In this document: positions 23,658 through 32,996 of the stretch, one piece after another
Numbering within the stretch: the stretch's first letter is position 1
How the letters are laid out: every line of letters begins with the position of its first letter
NCBI GenBank assembly: GCA_000934665.2
Contig: KZ538293.1
Span: 1 to 64,000 of the forward strand
Direction of reading: 5' to 3'
Source of the DNA: Catajapyx aquilonaris
Lineage: Eukaryota
DNA length: 64,000 nt
Program-made: the position numbers and the translations under genes
Notes under the pieces: model-generated
Database searches by the model: none
What the model was told of the DNA's origin: nothing
The model's input: the letters and a program-made list of their open reading frames with translations, nothing else

Positions 23658-24112
23658 GTTAACATATCAGCTTCCATATTCCAGTTTGTATCTATTATTT
23701 CTTGAAGAGTTGTTGGAACAATTTCTCTCGGAGACCAGGTAGGAAGGACACCAGTTTGGCTCTGTATCCAGTGGTGATCACGGTGACAAACATGAGCATG
23801 CAGGCAGTGAAGGTGATTGATAAATGAATAGCAGTAAGGTTTGAATTCTGGTCCACAAAGGTCCGCAAAATGGAGCTAACTGATTGTAACATCGATAGAG
23901 TACTGGTCGAATTTCGCCTCCATTTGGAAATTAAAAAAGAGGCAATAAACAATGTGAATAAGGTGGCTGCAATAAACATCCACACCAAGAGTGAATAAGG
24001 CATGAAGATCAGCTTCCAGGTTACAAATCTTCTAGGGATCCCTGTCAGACCAGTTCCATAGCCGAACCAATGAGGTTGGGGAATCTTCACGAATGAATAT
24101 GATTCCGCCGAC
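23658..24112 (-). pseudogene. Internal IR fragment (end of S1, M1, pore, M2, start of S2), inverted, frameshifted
   Basis: ESYSFVKIPQP...VTWKLIFMPYSLLVW...RTFVDQN...TGYRAKLVSFL, then a 1-nt frameshift to WSPREIVPTTLQEIIDTNWNMEADML. Both ends break into unrelated DNA. Confidence 0.88.
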
Positions 24113-24541
24113 GCCGTGTTTCCTTCGCCGGGCCCCCACTCATTTTGGCTGCGAGGGCTCCCTATGTTGGTATCTGTCATCTGTGAGATTCTGCTGTCCC
24201 ACTCTCAATTATGTAATGTCGATGCCCAAGATGAGTTGGGTAGATCTGCTCTGCATGAAGCGGCTGAGAATGGCAGTGTGCAAATATGCCGTCTCCTTCT
24301 GGATAGTGGTGCACAGCTAGGTGGACATCCGAAGCAACGTGCTGGTCACTCCCTTGCACCTGGCCTCCATGGCTGGTCACCTGGAGGCTGTCAAGCTCCT
24401 GGTCCAGAAGGGAGCTGATATTTTAGCCAAGACCAAGGATGGAAAGACCGCCTCGTATTTTGGTGTCAAGCATAGACATTATGATCTGTGCGTGTATCTG
24501 AAAGGCGAGATGGATAAACGTGGGATTCCAGGAGAAGCCAG
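24113..24541 (+). pseudogene. Ankyrin-repeat gene fragment with frameshifts
   Basis: PLILAAR / NVDAQDELGRSALHEAAENGSVQICRLLLDSGA / VTPLHLASMAGHLEAVKLLVQKGADILAKTKDGKTA spread over different frames; no plausible 5' part. Confidence 0.8.
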
Positions 24542-25331
24542 GTATATTCCTTCGCACACTTTGCATTTAACGTTAATGTAAGAATCTAAGACTAACACTG
24601 ACTAGCTCTAATGAGTTTTGTGCTTCAATTTCATGTGGCCCTCGCCTTGGTTAAAGTGATGTAAATTTTCATATTACATCAAAGTCAAATTCATATGCCA
24701 TCTCAGCGAGTGTAAAATAATTTTGAGTCGAACTCTGTAACTCTCAGCCTCGTAACAATAAAGGTAGGCCTGCTTATCTTCCTTTTCACCTCCTGCAGTC
24801 AAGGATGACCTTGGAGGTCTAGTCCAATACGGTAAAACCCTTCCCCCTTAAAAACTACCCCTAATGATCACCCTGGGGCATATGTCGAGGCCTTCGTATT
24901 GATTTGCATCGGGAACATACAGACATACGTTGTGAAAGATTTATAAGATGAGATTCCCAATTTACATTATTCTTTATTTTAATTCCTTTCTTTGCATGTA
25001 TTTCAGGCTGAATGAGAGTAGTACATGATCATAATTTTTATTTGTTTGCCATTGTGACCACCAGGGAGAATTTGTAATATTAAAATACGTGCTTTGTTTG
25101 TATAAGCATTCTGATTGGTCCGCCGCATATTGTTGTTTTACTGCCACGCTTCCGATTGGCACCCTCTATTGTTACCGCTAAACTTCCGATTGGCCCCCCG
25201 TTCAGCGCATGCGCAATGGGTGCAGGAACTCCTCAGTCGCTATCATACCGTATATCTGGCCAAAAACAGAATCCGTTTAGCTTGGTAATGAATTATTAAG
25301 ACACTGTGAGTGTCAGTACGCGGACGTAAGT

Positions 25332-25701
25332 CAAGGGCGGATCCGGAGAGGAATTTTGGGGGAGGAACTATTCTGTATTAATGTTGCCCCCCCCCCCCCC
25401 CNNNNNNNNNNNNNNNNNNNNNNNNNNNNNNNNNNNNNNNNNNNNNNNNNNNNNNNNNNNNNNNNNNNNNNNNNNNNNNNNNNNNNNNNAATTGGTAGGA
25501 CTTTTTTCCAAAAAAATCACGAATTAGTCATTTCTAATGCTATTTTAAACATTTCGGGACGGGGGAGGGGAGCAGCTTAATATTCATTTGCATCGAGGAT
25601 GGAACAAACATATAATTACACATATCCACCCATCTGCATAGTTTAGCCAGAGTGGGGGGGGATGTCCCCTATCCCCCCCCCCCCCCGTGCATCCGGCCCT
25701 G
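25332..25701. mobile_element. DNA-transposon-derived MITE with 7-bp TSD, spanning the assembly gap (N 25402-25489)
   Basis: CGTAAGT|CAAGGGCGGATCC ... GCATCCGGCCCTG|CGTAAGT, with poly-C/G subterminal hairpins. Confidence 0.75.
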
Positions 25702-25948
25702 CGTAAGTACAGGTGCAGTAGAGATATCCCCGGATTCCTTTCCTAGAAGATGATAGTTATCAGCTTGGGAATACTAGGAATATTGTCAATAACACCACTT
25801 AGTCCCACTTATCCCCATTATCTCTGTATTTTAATCTTCTGCCCGATACGGCCAGGATGTTGTCATTGATAAGGGGCTTTCTGGAAGGAGACGCCGATGC
25901 CACCAAAAATGCCTACGTGGCACAGAACATGTTAGTGAGGCAGCAGTC

Positions 25949-28018
25949 ATGGGGTCGTTTGGACGTGTCCTGGTGTTGGTGGTGCTGATTGTGAGAATAG
26001 TGTTGGGAAATAGCATTAGCCTGGACAAGGATTCGGAGGAGGACGAGTCTGTGTCCCGACTGGTGGGACACGTCCTTCGGAGGGCGGATCTGGCTGGATG
26101 CACGCTGGTCACCGCCACCGATTCAGTCTCCTTCAGCGTCCCGGTTCAGAAGCTCCTGATCGGACACTCGGACAGGTACCTGCCCACCTTCCCCCTCCGG
26201 ATGACCACCTCCAGTCCGGACAGACAAAAACACTCGCTTGAGGACTACCCCTGGCTGGTCAGACAGGACCAGATGCACGACTTCACCACTGTCCCGCCTC
26301 AGCTCCTGTCCCGTCTCTGGCCCGGACTCTCCTGCACTTTGCACCTGTTCATGCCCACCCATGTCCACGCTCTGCCACCACTCGTCATGCACGCAGCCTC
26401 CTTGGTCAAGGTGGCTCCAGGGGAAGATCGATTCATCATTCACTTCAGGACTGATGGTCACACTCATCCTCATCATGCTCAGGAGGTAGGAGAGGTGCAC
26501 AGGATCATGGCCCACTCCCCACCCGCCACCTCCCTCAGGCTAAAGGTCCTGGTCACAGGGGATGGCCCCGATGGGCGGATCAAGGTGGACACGGTCTGCT
26601 TCTACTGCGCACAAGGAGGGTACCCACAAATACTGCATCTCGGAGTGTTAGATCCATCAGATGACGACGGTGGAGGCATGGTGAATCTCTTCTTTCGAGA
26701 CTACGATGTCAAGAGGATGAACGGAAAGGTTGGTAGAATTCGATTTTACGCAGACATTGACTTGCCAGCTGCGAGGAAGCAGAAGGAGGCTGAGGGTGAG
26801 TTTACTCTCGACTTGTATCAGAGAATTGCGATTTGTGTGGAAAATGCTTTAAGAGGGATGTTTGAGTACACAGTGGAAGAATTCAGAGTTGAGCTGGACT
26901 TTCGTTACCCGAACGGAACCTGGGGAGGGTTGGTGGGTAGTCTGGTGCAGAACAAGTCGGACATATTGCCTGTCATTCTTACTTCTGACAAATCATACTC
27001 AGTCGTCAATGTTCCACAACCTTACGTATTCGGACATGCCACGGGTTTGACGAGAATACCTCGAGGCATCGTGACCTGGAAGGTGATCTTCATGCCTTAT
27101 CCCCTCTTGGTGTGGGTCTTAATTGCATTAAACTTATTTACATTGTTTATTACTTCATCTTGTATATCAAAAAGAAGACGCTGCAGATCGAAGAGACCTC
27201 TTTCACTGTCACAATCAGTTGGACTAATTTTGCGCACCTTTGTCGATCAGAACCTAAACCTGACAAGGAGGCATTTCTCTGTCAGTTTCACAGCATGTAT
27301 GCTCATGTTTGTCACCGTGATCACCACTGGATACAGGGCCAAACTAGTGTCCTTCCTGACATGGCCCCCGAGAGAATTTGTTCCAACAACTGGGCAAGAA
27401 ATTATAGATTCCAACTGGAATATGGACGCAGATATGTTAAACTATCTCGTCATGGGTCACTATGCAAAGGAAGCCAATAAAGGTACTCTTACTAGTGGAA
27501 TATTTGAACGTTTGAAATTAATGGGAACAATTCAGGATTGCCTGTGTAAAACACGAAAGGAAAACGTTGTGTGCTTCGGATTGAACATTCTTCTGGATCG
27601 CGAAACTTATCTTCACACTTGCAGTGACGGGACCTTAAACCTTCAGTACATTCAACAACAGATTGTCTCAGGGTATTCCTTCCCTGGCACTGCTAAAGGC
27701 CAAACCCAACTGTTTCATATTCAAAGAAAAGTAGTGGACTTGGCTGTGGAAACCAACTTACTCAACACATTCATCAAGCACGAGAAGTACATGAACTTCC
27801 TCCGCAATCTCAGGAAGATCCTAGAGGCGGAAGAGATCTCTGCCAAGACATACGTTCGAGATGAAGTGATGACAATGGCCAAGTTGGGAGCCATCTTCAA
27901 CATTTGGCTTCTGGGCCTCCTGGGGGGTATTGTGTTGCTGGTGATGGAAATAATTATTAATACACGTCGCCATAACTCTCGTGTTACACGACTAATCAGT
28001 GTTTCTCCCAAAACATGA
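25949..28018 (+). CDS. Divergent ionotropic receptor, intronless; close paralogue of 17418-19481
   Basis: 689-aa ORF collinear with the 17418 gene; AATAAA at ~28223. Confidence 0.93.
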   Translation: MGSFGRVLVLVVLIVRIVLGNSISLDKDSEEDESVSRLVGHVLRRADLAGCTLVTATDSVSFSVPVQKLLIGHSDRYLPTFPLRMTTSSPDRQKHSLEDYPWLVRQDQMHDFTTVPPQLLSRLWPGLSCTLHLFMPTHVHALPPLVMHAASLVKVAPGEDRFIIHFRTDGHTHPHHAQEVGEVHRIMAHSPPATSLRLKVLVTGDGPDGRIKVDTVCFYCAQGGYPQILHLGVLDPSDDDGGGMVNLFFRDYDVKRMNGKVGRIRFYADIDLPAARKQKEAEGEFTLDLYQRIAICVENALRGMFEYTVEEFRVELDFRYPNGTWGGLVGSLVQNKSDILPVILTSDKSYSVVNVPQPYVFGHATGLTRIPRGIVTWKVIFMPYPLLVWVLIALNLFTLFITSSCISKRRRCRSKRPLSLSQSVGLILRTFVDQNLNLTRRHFSVSFTACMLMFVTVITTGYRAKLVSFLTWPPREFVPTTGQEIIDSNWNMDADMLNYLVMGHYAKEANKGTLTSGIFERLKLMGTIQDCLCKTRKENVVCFGLNILLDRETYLHTCSDGTLNLQYIQQQIVSGYSFPGTAKGQTQLFHIQRKVVDLAVETNLLNTFIKHEKYMNFLRNLRKILEAEEISAKTYVRDEVMTMAKLGAIFNIWLLGLLGGIVLLVMEIIINTRRHNSRVTRLISVSPKT

Positions 28019-28067
28019 ATAACTGCAACTACAATGCCTAGGGCCAAACATCAATATGATCCATGGT

Positions 28068-28120
28068 GCCTCGGTACCGCAGTAGGCAGCGCGGCAGTCT
28101 CATAATATGAAGGCCGTGAG
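28068..28120 (+). pseudogene. 3'-truncated tRNA-Met(CAT) elongator-type pseudogene
   Basis: GCCTCGGTACCGCAGTAGGCAGCGCGGCAGTCTCATAATATGAAGGCCGTGAG matches the 5' two-thirds of metazoan tRNA-Met. T-loop, B box and 3' acceptor strand are missing; followed by a T run. Confidence 0.8.
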
Positions 28121-29934
28121 CACAACTTTTTTTTATGCGATATTATGCAAATTATTAACAATATGACAAATTATTGTTCATTGTAAACCAGGGACGTTGA
28201 ATGTTTCACACTCTCGCACAACAATAAAGCAACAGGGCATGATCGTAGTTGGAAGTGTTTTTATTCGCACAATTCCCCATACATACAAGAGTAATATGCT
28301 GCATTCAAGTAAAGCTGACTAGAGCCTCTTAAAACCTGAAGAACGCAATATCTCCGAAGCCGCCGCGGATTTTTTTCTTATTTTTTTTCCTCACATATTT
28401 ATATTTCTTCTTCTTCATATTCATAGCACGAGAAACCCAAGAAATGAGTGAGCGTGTATGGTGCAAATAGCTAATACAATTCTGACAATAAGGCAAAGAA
28501 GCGATCGAGAAAAGCACAAAGCTTGGGAATGTATTTTTTTAAAACCTGTTCATTATTTTTATGTCGTTTTTTTGTTGTATTAATTATTCTAACCCTCGTA
28601 CACACTGGAAGCAAAAAAGTACCTGTCAGTCAATTTACTACTGATGCCTCATTGTTTTTCACATCAATTGTTATCGTCACCGTTGCATGCGATGAGTAAA
28701 GAATCACCTCGTTTTTCTGCAGCTCACTTGATGGGAACATTACAGCAGATTGGTTTCATTGTTGCCATATAGAACCTGACATGTTGTAGATATGGATTTG
28801 TTGTCTTTTTTGTTAGAGCACAACAATAGGATATTTTTGTTGTCCATTGCTACAAGATGGCAGCAGCAGCAATTAAAAACCACGATCCACTGTTTAGAAA
28901 AATGACAAGGCAGCCCACGGCAAGGCTTTAGCACCACCATAATATTCTTCCTTCTTTTTCAATAAATAGCAAAAATTTAACACACACTCTCTCGCAATAA
29001 AAATTTTGATCACAGAGAGGCCGACAATGAAAGAACTGCAGAAAAACCCAAAACTGAACAATGTTTTAACAGCGGTCTTACACTTCTTTTTGATTATCCT
29101 GAAAACAATCAACCTTCCAACAGTGCGACACAACCCGTCACACCTAAAAAACACATACATACACAAACATTGTTACCGTACTTTTCATTTTTGGAAAAAC
29201 AAAAGCTGGATATTTTTTTTATTCCTCCAACACTTTCCCATTAATTCACTTCATCATCATCACCATCTTCAGTATAAAACAATGCCTTATATGATTACAA
29301 AATCGACATTTAAACACTGCTCTACTGGATTTGAAAATTAACAGCAGTTTGAGACGAATAGGGAGAGGCCTAGTTATACTCTTTTAAAAAAAATTTAATA
29401 GCATAAAATTATGTAGGAAAATGTGATTCGAATGGAATCCTATTCCCCCATATGAGCCTTAATTGTTGGATATATCTACATATGGGGCATGTTTTTTTCC
29501 ATTTAAATCACTTTTTTTGAGCTAAGATTGTTTCAGGGGAAATAAAATGATAAGTACACGTGTTTTGGAAACGGCGAAAGGAATCTAAGTGTGTGCTCGC
29601 CCTCTCAGCTCCGACACTCCTGACTACTACTTATTTTTATTTCTTCTTCTGAATTCCTTAAAAAAATTTGTGTGTGTTTTTTTTTTAAATCCATTATTTT
29701 GTTCAAAACACGGGGCCCGGATTATCGTTACGCAGCAACTTCAATGGGATGGATGCATTCAGTCCAAGACGTTTCTCTTTGTGGTTTATTTTGGGTTTCA
29801 AAAAAAAATTTAATGGGCCGATCAAATATGTGGTTCGCTTTACTTGGATAGAGTTGAGTCAGCAAATAATTGTGTCAAAAAATATTTGCAAAATAATCAG
29901 GATTAATATTTTAATTCATTATCTCCACAATATA

Positions 29935-30125
29935 CACTCTTAACCATTTACCTTCTCTAGAGAGGGTAAAAAAGAGGCCCTTTTTACCCTCTATTTTCTA
30001 AGGTAATACATGCAAAATTTACCTTAGAATCAATTTACCCAAGAATATTTACCCTACAATGTAGCCTAAGGTAGAAAAATTGCCACTTTCTTACCCTCTC
30101 TAGAGAAGGTAAATGGTTACGAGTG
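29935..30125. mobile_element. TA-flanked MITE
   Basis: TA|CACTCTTAACCATTTACCTTCTCTAGAGAGGGTAA ... TTACCCTCTCTAGAGAAGGTAAATGGTTACGAGTG|TA. Confidence 0.85.
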
Positions 30126-32996
30126 TATTTTATGGATGAACTTGATGACACAAAACAATTTTTATATTATAAATTTCAGTACTTAAAAATCGCGTTTTGT
30201 TCGAAGTAACACATCATAAACTATCATACGTAGTTATGATTAATTCGTAAGCAGTTTTACACTATTCTGTCCATACCAGCTGGAACATTTTGATTTTTAA
30301 AAAAATTTGCAAAATAATTTACTCCATTGCGAATCGTTTGAATTTGATCGACCCAACAGTTCGATTCTGGAAAGATCATTGACCAGTAAAGAGTTTATAG
30401 ATATAGGTACTATTCCTCGACCCTTTTTTTCTACAGCAATGGGAGGGGGGGTTAGGTTTTTATCTCGAATAGATCCCAGGACAAGAATGATATACTGATA
30501 TTATAACGATGTAATATTTGAAGCACTGAAGCTGCGTGCTGCAGGCACATACAATATTGTTAAAACTCAGCTACGATTAACGGTTAATTATTGTTAGAGG
30601 ACAAACGACACCTTGGATTATTGGGCCTATGTTACATAAATATTTTTTTTTGTCTTTTTTTTCTTCTTCTTAAATTGTTCATGTCGTGCTTATACTTTTT
30701 TTTTTTGAAATTCTCTGAGTGATATGGAGGAATGAAACGAAACTGAAACATTTTACAAGGGTTTTCAAACTATAAAAAATGGCTGCTTTTTTGACACTTT
30801 GTGATGATAAGACAGAACACACTCACAAATACAGCTGGTAAAATTATCAACTCCAGCACAGGCCTACAATTAATATATATATTTTTTGGGGGGGTATTTT
30901 TTTTCTTCAAAACATTTTTAAAATTCCTCACATCATTCTTAACTATCACGAACGTTCAACCAGTATCTATGGGAAGGAATTTATCTCACCCATTCCATAG
31001 AGTACTGGTTTTTTTTGAAATATTCTTCAAAAAAAAATTGGTAACATTGAACTAAAAAGCCTGCAGTCCAATGCTCATTGGAATGAATTGAATCAGTCAG
31101 GGCTAAGAGTACCAGAATAATTCCCTTCACGGTTCCGAAACCGGACTTTAACCCGGGAAGGTTTCAAGGAAGGCTTCATGGTCGGCCCAGTATGTTGGAT
31201 GGTCATGTATGTAGAGTTGGATGAAAAAAAAGTTGTGTCAAAATTTGTCACAACTGATTGTCCAACTCTTCGAGACGAGAGGACAAACAATAAAATAAAT
31301 AGTAACATAATTATTACAAAATTAAAACATGCAAACAAATAACCGCAACCACTCCCTCTCTCTCAACACTTACTCCCAATAAATTAAAACTCTCTAAATA
31401 CTTGTTACGGTTTGTTTTCTTACTCTCTCTCTCTTTTGAAAACATCCTTAAGCTCGTATCTGATAGGCAACCTGTACAATGAGTCTCCCATTATTTATAA
31501 TAATTAATTATCCACATTATCACAATCTGTGTGCTGAGTCTGCGTAATGTGCCCGAAGAGCACTCGCTAAGTAAAGGGTTTCTTCGTACAAACACCATCG
31601 AAGTCAACAATAGGCTAATAAATTTGTCCAAAATATTTGTTTTGGAAAATATATCATCCTGTTGCGAGTTAGAAGGAATATGTCTTCACTTGGTGCAAGC
31701 TCCTCTGCAAAATGGGGGGTCAGGCTAGGCCTAATTAGTATCAGACCATGCCTTGTTTTTAGAGTGACCCTCGTACAACAATGTTGGCACTTTTTCTGCC
31801 ATTCTTCTTTTATAATTTTTTTTAATATTCTAAAAAGTGTGTCCTCTTTTTTTTAAACATTATTTGGAAGTCATAGTCATGGCTGTGAATGGCATGCAAA
31901 TTTTCCTGATATGGTGTGCTTTGTGCACGTGTCGTTTTGTTTTGCTGTATACGTAAATTATGGGCAAAATTTGTCTCGTGAGGTGCGAGTCGTAGTTACG
32001 TACTTTTTTTTAGACGGATGGTGACACGTATGGGAATCAAAAAGGAGGGAATTGAATGGATGGATCCCCACAAAAAGGTGATTTTTTTTCTTCTTCCAAA
32101 GTATCACAATTCGCACATTTTCTTCCTACCTACATCTCGCACTAATTTTTAGTACACCTCTTAGTACACGTGGAGGTTTTTTTAAAAGTGTTGGCCAGTA
32201 CAAAAAATTAGGACGCCATTTTGTTTGTTTATAAAATGCAAACAAAGAACATATGGACTGCACCTCACAAGACTTTTTCTTTCAGATTTGAATTTTTGGT
32301 GGCAAAAAATTGGCCCACCTTCAGTGCGAAAACATAAAAAAAACTTATTTTTTTTGGCAATGATAAGCCTCTCCCAACATATTTCAGCAACCAATCATCA
32401 TGACGGCTGGTCAAAGTGAAACCTAAAAACCTCTCCCTTTCACGCTTAATTAATCCAGGCTCCATACACACTCTCATTATTTATCACAATGACCATCGTC
32501 ATCTGCTCCAGTAATGCAACAATGCTCAACAGTGCAAGTGCAAACATGACGTTTTTGCTTGCATGCATTTTACATTCTTTTAATAAATTGTAATAATAAT
32601 AATTTAAAAAAAAACAAAAAATTTGCATTACTCACTCTCGCTTACTCTCGTTTTCTCTCACTCTCTCGCTCTCTCATATCAGTCTATTCGTTTATAGAAT
32701 TTGTGAGCACAGATCTCTCTCGAATAACATTTTGTTAGGAACCTCTACTATGCTCCCCTAGAGTTGTGGACTTTGACTCTTTAACGGGTTAAGTTAGATA
32801 GTCAGTGGTTTTTTTGGAGAAAAAATTGAGTGGGCTATTAAACCCAAAAATTAAATAAATAAAAATGCAAGAAACGTACCCAGTACACTGTTCCCCACTT
32901 CTTTAAAGTACATCAGTCCTGTTTATCAACCACCATTATTGACACAAGCCCTTGGTTTTTTTTTCGTAATATTGGATACCATTATTTTTCCTGTTT

